Of a DNA stretch of 64,000 nucleotides, positions 30,336-39,674 are shown in pieces. Location: positions 224,001 through 288,000 of the forward strand of contig CBDBFU010000020.1 in the NCBI GenBank assembly GCA_965205025.1. Direction: 5' to 3'. Each line of letters opens with the position of its first letter. Position 1 is the first letter of the stretch. The notes under the pieces were generated by a model. That model searched no databases and was not told the origin of the DNA. It was given only the letters and a program-made list of their open reading frames with translations. The translations under genes were made by a program, and so were the position numbers. The stretch is from Candidatus Poribacteria bacterium (lineage in GTDB: Bacteria > Poribacteria > WGA-4E > WGA-3G).

Positions 30336-31421
30336 TCAGGAATGTGGATAATGCCATTTTCTAAGTGAATCGGAAGCTGATAATCCTGCTTCTTGCCCAA
30401 GGGCAAATGCTGTGGCTATAAGGTTTCTCTCACCAGAAATTATATCTCCTGCAGCATATAAGCCGGGAATGGGGTCACCCTTACTATCCAACATTTGCAT
30501 GTCCTCATTCGTAATAATCAGTCCTTCATCATCCTTTTGATAGTCCCATCCATTAAGGAACTTTGTATTAGGAATTAACCCTTCGTCAACCAAGAAACCG
30601 TGAAAAAACAATTCGGTCCCATCAACCATTTCAAAACCGAGTAAATCGGTTTTTTCTCCTATATGACGTTTGATCCCTGTTTCAATTATGTCAATGTTTC
30701 TCTCTTCCACCTGCTCAAGAACAGGAGAAGACATACCGTGAGGTCGTCCATTTGTTAGGATTGTTATCTTATCAGTAAAATCTTGAGCTCCAATTGCTGC
30801 TTCATAAATATAGTCACCAACACCCAATAGAGCGAGATGTTCATTCACATGTAGATGGCCATCACATCGTATACAAACATGCCAACCTTTACGGTTCCCG
30901 GCGTATCTAAATACCGTTGCATACTGCTTATATAATCGAATTTCATCAGCTTGAAACTCAATATCTGGCCATTTATCATCAAATCCTGAGGCAACTACAA
31001 CTGTCCGTGATGTAAATTGCTCTATCTGTAAAGGATTATCTTTTTTCAAAGGAGATGTTGATGCTTCTATGACAAAAATATCATCCTTCTTAGTCAACTT
31101 AGTTACAAGTCCGTCCCTGATTTCAATACCTGTCTTACGTTGTTCATCTCCAAGCATGAATTCAACAACAGAACGACTTTCCATCCATCTCATCAATTCT
31201 TTAGCAAAGTTAGGTCCTATAATTCCAGGAAAAACCGGCGCATCTTCAATCTCGACAGACTTAGACCAGTATGCTCTACCACGACTGAAACTAACTTTAC
31301 CGGAATGTAGAACAAGAACATGACGCATTTGATGACTTGCTGATATCGCTGCTTGTGTTCCAGCAGGACCAGCCCCAATGACAACTACATCGTAAATAGT
31401 TTCTGACATAACAATACTCAC
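30336..31421 (-). CDS. Thioredoxin-reductase-like FAD-dependent oxidoreductase
   Basis: IGAGPAG, CIRCDG (CxxC) and GLYAAGD motifs. Confidence 0.8.
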   Translation of the reverse strand: MSIVMSETIYDVVVIGAGPAGTQAAISASHQMRHVLVLHSGKVSFSRGRAYWSKSVEIEDAPVFPGIIGPNFAKELMRWMESRSVVEFMLGDEQRKTGIEIRDGLVTKLTKKDDIFVIEASTSPLKKDNPLQIEQFTSRTVVVASGFDDKWPDIEFQADEIRLYKQYATVFRYAGNRKGWHVCIRCDGHLHVNEHLALLGVGDYIYEAAIGAQDFTDKITILTNGRPHGMSSPVLEQVEERNIDIIETGIKRHIGEKTDLLGFEMVDGTELFFHGFLVDEGLIPNTKFLNGWDYQKDDEGLIITNEDMQMLDSKGDPIPGLYAAGDIISGERNLIATAFALGQEAGLSASDSLRKWHYPHS

Positions 31422-31480
31422 ATATCTCAGTATCTACGTATATGCACGAAAATACATCTATATATGGTTACACTTTTTAT

Positions 31481-32926
31481 CTAAATCCCATACTTTTTCC
31501 ATTTATCATTTACAAGTTCAATTATTTCTTCAGACATCTGTATTTCTGGTGGCCATTCTCTATGGTATCCTTCTTCCTCCCATTTAGTTGTGGCATCAAT
31601 TCCCATTTTTGATCCTGCTCCGAGTAAAGGTGCAGCGTGATCTAAAACATCTACAGGTCCTTCAACGATAGTAACATCTCGTTTTGGATCAACATTACTT
31701 CCTACATAGAACAATACTTCTTCAACATTTTGTACATCTACATCTTTGTCAACCACAATAATGACTTTACTAAACATTAGTTGTCCAAGTCCCCAAAAAC
31801 TGTGCATTATTTTCTTCGCATGATATGGATATCGTTTATCAATAGATATTAATGCGAAGTTGTGAAATACACCAAATAATGGTAGGTTCATATCAACCAA
31901 TTCAGGAAGTTGTGTCTTAATTAGAGGCATAAAGATACGTTCAGTAGCTTTCCCCATATAACAATCTTCCATTGGGGGTTTTCCAACAATGATGGTCTGA
32001 TAAATAGGATCTTTACGATGGGTAATTGCAGTAATCCGATAAACTGGATATTCATCTGGCATTGAATAAAATCCAGTATGATCACCAAATGGTCCTTCAA
32101 TGCAAGTTTCATCTGGTTCAATAAATCCTTCTATGACAATGTCTGCTTCTGCGGGTACCATCATGTCGATTGTCTTAGCTGGAACCATTTCTACGTTTGC
32201 CTTTCTTAGGAAACCAGCAAATAACAGCTCATCAATTCCTGATGGTAAAGGAGCAGTACCAATGTATGACATAATTGGATCACCTCCAATTGCGATTGCA
32301 ACTGGCATCTGTTCTCCTGCTTGTTTATATTCACGATGATGTGCTGCCCCATCATGGTGTATTTGCCAATGCATTGCTAAAGCATGAGGATTTAGTTTTT
32401 GTAGTCTATAGGTTCCAACGTTTCTCTGTCCGGAGTGTAAACTATGGGTGAATACTTGGGGTAAAGTAATATATTTATCAGCATCCAATGGCCAACATTT
32501 AATAAGTGGCAACCTGTCCAGAGAGGCATCTTCTCCCGTTAAAACAACATCCTGAGAAGCTCCACGTTTAACGTTTTTAGGTGGAAAGTTAGTCAATTGA
32601 GACAGTATTCTCAGCATTTTGACTTTATCTAAGAGAGATTCTGGTGGACCGATCTTTATCATACCCTCTATCTCGTAAGCGATACGAGATAGATCGTCAA
32701 CTCCAAGTGCCATTGCCATACGCGAATATGAACCGTAAGTATTTATTAACAATGGCATCTCACTACCTTCAACGTTCTCAAACAGTAATGCTGGTCCCTC
32801 AGATTTGCTAATGCGATCAGTGATTTCTGTTATCTCAAGATCTGGAGACACTTCAGTTTTTATTCGTTTTAATTCCCCTGCTCGATCAAGTGCTTTAACA
32901 AAATCTCTAAGACTGTCGTATGCCAT
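31481..32926 (-). CDS. ubiD: UbiD-family decarboxylase (menaquinone-biosynthesis type)
   Basis: GPALLFE, N.GTYR, EGPFGDHTG.Y, D.LDHA and SKMGIDAT motifs. Confidence 0.9.
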   Translation of the reverse strand: MAYDSLRDFVKALDRAGELKRIKTEVSPDLEITEITDRISKSEGPALLFENVEGSEMPLLINTYGSYSRMAMALGVDDLSRIAYEIEGMIKIGPPESLLDKVKMLRILSQLTNFPPKNVKRGASQDVVLTGEDASLDRLPLIKCWPLDADKYITLPQVFTHSLHSGQRNVGTYRLQKLNPHALAMHWQIHHDGAAHHREYKQAGEQMPVAIAIGGDPIMSYIGTAPLPSGIDELLFAGFLRKANVEMVPAKTIDMMVPAEADIVIEGFIEPDETCIEGPFGDHTGFYSMPDEYPVYRITAITHRKDPIYQTIIVGKPPMEDCYMGKATERIFMPLIKTQLPELVDMNLPLFGVFHNFALISIDKRYPYHAKKIMHSFWGLGQLMFSKVIIVVDKDVDVQNVEEVLFYVGSNVDPKRDVTIVEGPVDVLDHAAPLLGAGSKMGIDATTKWEEEGYHREWPPEIQMSEEIIELVNDKWKKYGI

Positions 32927-32981
32927 TAACCCCTCCTTTGTAATATATCAACGAAGTACTATTACACACCATAGTGTAATT

Positions 32982-34801
32982 TTATTTCTTTAATATCTGT
33001 TTTAACCCTTCTTGATAGATCAGGTTATTTGGTTCAATTTCAAGTGCTTTTCTAATAGATTCTTCTGCAGTCACCCGATCACCCATCTTGTAGGATATAA
33101 TCGCAAGGGTATTATAATAACTGGCAATTGAAGAATCTAACTCAATCGCAGTGTTAGCATAGGAAATCGCTTTCTGCAATTCGACTTTACGCTGGTTTTC
33201 CTGTTTTCTCATATCTGCTATATTAGTTGTTAGTTGAGCCAATGCATTATATGACTTAGCTGTACCCGCATTGAGATAAGCAGACATAGCTTTATTTACA
33301 TTATTCAACTTTTCATTTAGTTCTCCAATAATAAAATAGGTCTCAGGTAAAAAAGTATTTTGCAAATTCAAAATATCAGAACCCTTTGTACCCAAATCCA
33401 GCATACTCTTACCTATTTCGACTGCTTTATAAAGAGATGACAACGCCTTTGAATATTTCTCTAAATTGGCATAAGAGATTCCTATGTTATGATACAACTC
33501 TGCATCGTTAGGATTTTATAGCAATTGATGCTTGAAAAGCTGAAATAGCTTCTGAATATAATTGTTGAGTCATACGAATCAGACCTATTTTCTTATATGA
33601 TTCGGCTTTAACAGATAAATTACGATTCTCAGAATTATTTCCACTTAAGGAGATTGCTTGTCGATAATGCTTCAATGCCAATTCATAGTTCTGTTGCATC
33701 AAATAGGTTAACCCAAGGGATGCATGTGCATTAGCAAATTCTGGATTCAACGCCAATGCATTTTTCTGCGATTGTATTGCTTCAGGAAACCTTTTTAACA
33801 TAGTATAAGCAATCCCAATCCCGTTATGTGCTTCTACCACTTTAGGATTCAATCCAATTGCCTTTTCATATTCTAATACAGCCTTTTCATATTCATTTAA
33901 ATTAAGATAATATCTCGCTATATTTGCTTGTATTTTGGCTTTCTCATTCTGATTATTTGTTCTTTGGAATGTGCCTTTTAACTTATTCAATGGTTCAATA
34001 ACTGTCTGCCGTTCTTTAAATAAACGCATTTTTTCTCGAGCAGCATCTCTATTCCCATTTTGTAAATGTACCTGAGATAAGTTATAGAGTGATTGAATTA
34101 ATTCAGCATCCTCTGAGTAAGATTTTTCATAGGCATTAATTGAATCATTATACCTTTTGTCTTGAGCATATAATAAACCTAATTGATAATATGCTTCGGC
34201 AAAATTAGGACGGAAAGAAACAGCCTTTTCTTGATATTTAATCGCCATCAATGTATTTCCAAGTTTGCTATATAAGTTACCTAACTGGTGTAATATCATG
34301 GCATCTTTTGGTACAATGTCTGAAGCTGTTTCATACCTCTTTAATGCTTCATTGTAACGATGTAATTGAGATAATGCTGCTCCATAAGCAGCATGAATAT
34401 GACCGTGATTAGGATTATATTGAATTGCTTTCTTATATGCTTTTATAGCATCATCATATTTTTCAAGTCCAGCATATGATAAACCTAAACCGTAATAAGC
34501 TTGAACAAGAGTTTCTGCATTTTTTTGACATGTCTGATTCAGTGTTAATTATATACTGATATTCTATAGACCCAGACCTGTAATTCTCAATCTTCATAAA
34601 TATCTGTGCTAATTCCAATCTTAATTCTGTCTGATGTGGATTCAAAGAAAGTTGTCTTTGAAGAGAATCTATTTTATCTATAATTGATAGATTCTTGATA
34701 TCTTGACACCATCCAAGGGATGAACTAAGAAATGGATAACATATTGTCAATATGGTAAACCCTAATACGATTAGACTTTTTAGATCATTACATTTAATCA
34801 T
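32982..34801 (-). CDS. Large secreted TPR-repeat protein, split into three ORFs by +1 homopolymer frameshifts (about 34520-34526 and 33514-33517)
   Basis: TPR repeats (AYYQLG, AHNGIG, AHASLG). Removing one A from each run (minus strand) gives MSKNAETLVQAYYGLG and AINPNDAELYHNIG. Confidence 0.8.
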
Positions 34802-34825
34802 AATATTCTTTAGATATATAGATAA

Positions 34826-34860
34826 AAGGGAGGCGTTTAATACTCTAAAACGCCTCCCTT
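34826..34860 (-). terminator. Intrinsic terminator after the DUF1080 pair
   Basis: aagggaggcgttt...aaacgcctccctt stem followed by a T-run on the minus strand. Confidence 0.75.
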
Positions 34861-34901
34861 AATAAGTTAAAATCTATAGTTGAGATACAATAATTGCGAA
34901 T

Positions 34902-35564
34902 CTAATGACGACCTTTGATTCGCCCCCAAGTTGTGGTTACTTTATCCAGAGGTTCAACAGGAACTCCTTGCCCTTCAATTTCATCACCCGAGACTTGGAA
35001 GTCATCAAAACTTGCTGCTGTTTGCCATCCCCACACGCCAGCTTGTCCAGCACCATACACATCATCTTTTACTTCACCTTGGAATTCACCATCAATTGTA
35101 AGACTGAAAGTATCACCTTCAACGGTAACTTTCATTTCATACCATTTACCGTTTTCAATTGTTACATTTTCTGCTGGAAGCTGTCCCCGATTATCTCGTG
35201 CAGTCCAACCCCCTGTCTTATGTCGCCAAAATTCAGTTTTGTTGTTTGGAACATTTAGATAAAAGACATAATACTCCATTTCACTTTTTGCACGAACTAT
35301 TAAACCTGCCCAATTCCCTGAATCAAGACGAACTTTCGCCTCTACTGTATAATTCTTCCAACCCGTATCTCCCACGAGAGAATGTTCAGCTTGAGCACCT
35401 AATGTAAGTTGGTAACTACCATCGTTCAGACCCCATGTTCCATTAGACACCTTCCACCCATCCGCATGAGAGTCAAATGTCCATAGTTGATCACCAGCAT
35501 AACCGAGTGTAGTTGCGAATGCAATTAGCACAAATACAATGAAAATCGAAAATTTCAATTTCAT
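34902..35564 (-). CDS. Secreted DUF1080/concanavalin-like protein with C-terminal TWGxxK tail
   Basis: Signal peptide, W.NYTVEAKVR, GKWY, G..GVW, FDDF; ends PVEPLDKVTTTWGRIKGRH. Confidence 0.75.
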   Translation of the reverse strand: MKLKFSIFIVFVLIAFATTLGYAGDQLWTFDSHADGWKVSNGTWGLNDGSYQLTLGAQAEHSLVGDTGWKNYTVEAKVRLDSGNWAGLIVRAKSEMEYYVFYLNVPNNKTEFWRHKTGGWTARDNRGQLPAENVTIENGKWYEMKVTVEGDTFSLTIDGEFQGEVKDDVYGAGQAGVWGWQTAASFDDFQVSGDEIEGQGVPVEPLDKVTTTWGRIKGRH

Positions 35565-35600
35565 AAATTCTCCTTAATCAATAAATAATAAATACAACTC

Positions 35601-36284
35601 TTATCGCGATTCTTTCAAACTTCCCCAAGTAGTTGTAAGTTTGCTTTTAGGATTCACATCCAATGTATCTACTATGTTTTTACCAGTTACAGTAAAATCA
35701 TCAAAACTGACACCAGTATCCCAACCCCATACTCCTACTTGACCTTTACCATAATCACCGTTTGTATCTTCGCTCTGTTTCTCATCATTTAGAAAATATG
35801 TAAATGAATCACCACTGACTTCTATTTTCATATCCATCCATTTTCCGTTTTCAATTTTCACATTACCAACAGCTGGGATTTGTTTCAAGTTCTGTCGTGA
35901 ATCCCAATTCGGTTTTGTATGTTTCCAAAGCTCTGTCTTATTGTTAGGAACATTCAGATAGTAGACATAGTATTCATGCTCACTCTGTGCACGGAAAACA
36001 AGACCACCCCAGTTTCCAGCATCAAGTCGGACCTTCGCCTCAATAGTATAGTCATCCCAATCTTCCTCACCGACGAGGGAATGCTCAGCCTGAGCACCTT
36101 TTTGTAATTTATAAATACCATCAGTAACGGACCAATTACCATTTGCAACTTTCCATCCTTCAGCATCTTTATTAAAATCCCAAAGTTGTGTACCTGCATA
36201 TGAGTGGATTGTGATTAGTGTACAACTAAAAACTAAAACGCAAAGAATACAAATTCTCCTAAAAATAATATAATTTTTCATCAT
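35601..36284 (-). CDS. Secreted DUF1080/concanavalin-like protein, tandem paralogue
   Basis: Shares GAQAEHSLVG, YYLNVPNNKTE and GVWGW with the neighbour; ends DVNPKSKLTTTWGSLKESR. Confidence 0.75.
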   Translation of the reverse strand: MMKNYIIFRRICILCVLVFSCTLITIHSYAGTQLWDFNKDAEGWKVANGNWSVTDGIYKLQKGAQAEHSLVGEEDWDDYTIEAKVRLDAGNWGGLVFRAQSEHEYYVYYLNVPNNKTELWKHTKPNWDSRQNLKQIPAVGNVKIENGKWMDMKIEVSGDSFTYFLNDEKQSEDTNGDYGKGQVGVWGWDTGVSFDDFTVTGKNIVDTLDVNPKSKLTTTWGSLKESR

Positions 36285-36594
36285 ACTAATTCACCTCTAC
36301 TTTGTTATTTCTTAAATCCATCTTTGTTCATACAAAGAAGGTCTAATTGAGTTAATAGAATATGCATTACGAGGAAAAAAGTCAACAAGAAAAGTCTATG
36401 TCAAATTAAGACTATATCTCAGGTATTTAATTGAGTAAATATCCGTCATATCTATTCTATTTTAAATTGTTGCAAAATTTGGATACTCACGTTGGCGTGT
36501 AACGCATTTTTTAAATGATTCCGATATAATATACAGCTCAAATCGTCACAACGCAAAATCTAAATCTACCCTTTCCAGTATTGATACCATCGTA

Positions 36595-37200
36595 TTAAAC
36601 CTGTCCGCCAAATGCGGTCTCAAAACGTTGTCTAAGTATATCAGGACTCGTATGCATATAGATGAGTGTGGCATCCAAGCTGGAATGTCCTAATGCAATA
36701 CGTACCGATTCTAAGTCATTTGTTGCCCGGTATAATTCAGTACCAAAAGTGTGTCGTAAGTCGTGAGGTGTAAATCTAAGACCTAACATGTTTGATGCTG
36801 CTTCCATAATCCGTTGAAAATCTCTTGGTGCTAATCGATTCTTCGTGCGTAATGTGCAGAATAATGGACTTTCTAATCTATCTTCTTCTCCGCGCTCCAT
36901 TTTCCAGTCTATAAATACTCTAAATGCATCCCTTACGTCATTCACGAGAGGAATTCTTCTTGATACTTTATTCTTTGCGATTTCTGCCCGAACTTCTAAG
37001 GTTGTAACAATGTTACCAAATTTTAGGATATCACCAATATTCATCCCACATGCTTCTGAATTTCTAAGACCTGTTCTCAGACAGAAATGTACCAACATTC
37101 TATCTCGTTCTCTATTTTTTAGTGCATCCAATAGTACTTGTTGTTGTAATTCATCCAGAACTCGGGGTTGTAGTATTTTTCTTCTTTTCGTTTTTTCCAT
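36595..37200 (-). CDS. Tyrosine recombinase, catalytic-domain-only (FimB/FimE/resolvase-sized, 201 aa)
   Basis: Complete catalytic set: TGLRNSE (R), AKNK (K), HDLRH (HxxR), LGHSS (H), TLIY (Y). Confidence 0.92.
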   Translation of the reverse strand: MEKTKRRKILQPRVLDELQQQVLLDALKNRERDRMLVHFCLRTGLRNSEACGMNIGDILKFGNIVTTLEVRAEIAKNKVSRRIPLVNDVRDAFRVFIDWKMERGEEDRLESPLFCTLRTKNRLAPRDFQRIMEAASNMLGLRFTPHDLRHTFGTELYRATNDLESVRIALGHSSLDATLIYMHTSPDILRQRFETAFGGQV

Positions 37201-37264
37201 TTACGGTCTCCATCAGAATTTTGCCATGTTCGATTGTAACATGTATGATTAAAATGGTCAATAT

Positions 37265-37300
37265 TTTAATGACGCTTTGCACGTACAATACGTCATTAAA
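37265..37300. other. 36-bp imperfect palindrome, candidate recombinase core site or operator
   Basis: tttaatgacgctttg-cacgta-caatacgtcattaaa: 15-bp arms (13/15 match) around a 6-bp centre, 65 bp upstream of the recombinase ATG. Confidence 0.55.
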
Positions 37301-37351
37301 TGCTGGTATAGTTACACTTTATATCATGTTATTCCGATTCTCTACAATTAA

Positions 37352-37509
37352 TTTGAGAACCATCTATTTTTGAGAACCATCTATTTTTGAGAACCATCTA
37401 TTTTTGAGAACCATCTATTTTTGAGAACCATCTATTTTTGAGAACCATCTATTTTTGAGAACCATCTATTTTTGAGAACCATCTATTTTTGAGAACCATC
37501 TATTTTTGA
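37352..37509. repeat. Perfect tandem repeat, 17-bp unit x 9
   Basis: tttgagaaccatctatt repeated with gagaaccatc at 37355, 37372, 37389, 37406, 37423, 37440, 37457, 37474 and 37491; no spacers. Confidence 0.97.
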
Positions 37510-37697
37510 AAAATGTTGAATTAGTAGTTGGGATGATGTATTCTTATAAAACTACAACCTGCTATATAATTTTTGATTGAATAGATTCACTTCTCTCAAT
37601 TATCTGTAGATAGTTCTGTATTTTATAATACTTGCTGAATTCAATTTAAAAATTTATATTGTTACCTTTAATATACGTATATTATGGAGGAAGATTC

Positions 37698-38699
37698 TTG
37701 CTTAAGAAATTGTTGTGTATAATACCTGTATTAATTCTCTATAGCTCTATGTCGAATGTCCATTCTGCAAAAATTAATGTAGGGTTAATTTATGATGTGC
37801 GCGGTAGAGGAGATCTTTCATTTTGTGACGCTGCTTATGCTGGAGCAGAAAAAGCATCTAAAAAATGGGATATCAGAATCAAAGAAGTTAACCCTGGTCA
37901 AAGTACTGACATTGAAAGAGCTGTACGAGGCTTAGCAAAACTAAACTATAATTTAATCATTGGAGTCGGATTTCTATTCCGTGAACCCATGAATCGAGTT
38001 GCTGGTGACTTCCCAAATACTAATTTTGTTCTGATTGATGCTGAAGCAAATCCCTCAAATGTCGCTTCATTAATATATAAAGCACACGAAGGTACATTTC
38101 TCGCTGGGATAATAGCATCAATGAAAACTGATACTATGAAAGTTGGGTTTATTGGGGGAATGAAGATTCCTCTGGTTGAAGCATTTGAAATTGGGTATGA
38201 AGCAGGGATTAAGACTATTAATCCAAAGGTTGTACTACTCTCTAATTATGTTGGTGTCACACCCCAAGCATTTGATGATCCTGCAAAAGGAAAAGAGTTA
38301 GCTCTATCACAATATAAGAAAGGTGTGGATATTATTCTTGCTGCTGCAGGAGCAAGCGGATTAGGGGTTCTTGAAGCTGCAAAAGAGACAAAGAAATATA
38401 TTATATGGGTAGATTCAAATGGAAATAGTCTTGCTCCAGGTTTAGTTCTTACGAGTATAATTAAAGGTGTAGAATTATCCGTTTATCAATCTATTGAAAA
38501 TGTCGTCAATGGGACTTTTTCCGGGGGACTTAAAAGTTATGGGTTAAAAGAGGGTGGAGTCGAGTATATTGTTGATCATGTAAATAAGGATTTACTATCT
38601 AATACGATCATTCAGAAGGTTGAAGAATATAAATCAAAAATAATTGCTGGTGATATTAAGGTACCCAGTCAACGTAAACAGAATAAGAAGGGAATAAGT
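37698..38699 (+). CDS. BMP/PnrA-family ABC transporter substrate-binding protein (reads in frame into the next gene)
   Basis: ggagg RBS before TTG 37698; GRGDLSF, IIGVGF, GFIGG, F.DPAKGKE, AAG.SG.G and IWVD motifs. Confidence 0.85.
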
Positions 38700-39660
38700 G
38701 TGGATAAGCTAACAATTGTTGTCCCAGGAGATTCTCCACCCCAAATTCAAGGATCACCACATTTGGAACGATTAAAACCATACGGGAATGTTGTAGTTTA
38801 TACAGATCGTCCAAAAAATGCAGTAGAGAAAATCCAACGAGCAGAGAATGCCGATATTCTGATTAATTCACGAGGAATGGTAAAATGGCAATACGATGTA
38901 TTACCGTTCTTACCAAAACTGAAATTAATTTCATTATGTTCTATTGGTACTGATATGATTGCACTTGATGAAGCTAAGAAGAGAGGCATAGTGGTTTGTA
39001 ATCAACCGGGACGAACAGCACCTGTTGTCGCAGAACATAGTTTTGGTTTGATGTTTGCCCTTGCAAAACGCGCTGCATTTATGACCTCTTCATTAAAAAA
39101 TGGAAATTGGCCACGAATGGATAATGTGTATCTACAAGGTAAAACATTAGGTATCATTGGAACAGGACATATTGGGGCTGAAATGGCACGTCTTGGGAAT
39201 GCTATTGGTATGAATGTTGTAGGCTGGACCTATCATCCGTCAGACGAACGTGCAAAAAAGTTGGGGATTCGATATGTTGATTTCGATGATCTACTTAGAA
39301 TCTCTGATGTTGTTAGCCTACATGTAAAACTTACAGAAGAGAGTATACATTTAATAGGGGAGAATGAATTATCTATAATGAAGCCAAATGCACTAATTAT
39401 TAATGTTGCTCGCGGGGAAAGTAATTGATGTCGATGCTCTTATTCTATCACTAAATAATGGTGATATTGGTGGGGCAGCTATAGATGTGTATGATCAAGA
39501 ACCATTACCAGATAATCATCCGCTGTTAACATGTGAACATGTGATTTTAACTCCACATTGTGCAGATATGACACCTGAAGGTGTTGATCTTCTAAATGAA
39601 GGTGCTGTAGATAATATCATTGCTTTTTTGGAAGGTTCACCTATAAATGTTGTTGTGTAA
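38700..39660 (+). CDS. D-isomer-specific 2-hydroxyacid dehydrogenase (GTG 38700; +1 frameshift at the G-run near 39414-39417)
   Basis: VAEH, LGIIGTGHIG, SDVVSLH, INVARG, then DV...EP and LTPH in the next frame. Confidence 0.85.
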
Positions 39661-39674
39661 TATAAAAGGTATTC

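Noticed and set aside
36595-37200. Integron integrase or XerC/XerD
   Set aside because: Too short (201 aa), with no IntI-specific insertion or N-terminal domain, and no attC cassettes or dif-like site recognised nearby.
36518-37338. 8-bp direct repeat attccgat flanking the recombinase as attL/attR
   Set aside because: Too short to distinguish from chance without an empty-site comparison.
37352-37509. CRISPR array
   Set aside because: Units are 17 bp, contiguous and lack spacers, and no cas genes are present in the window.
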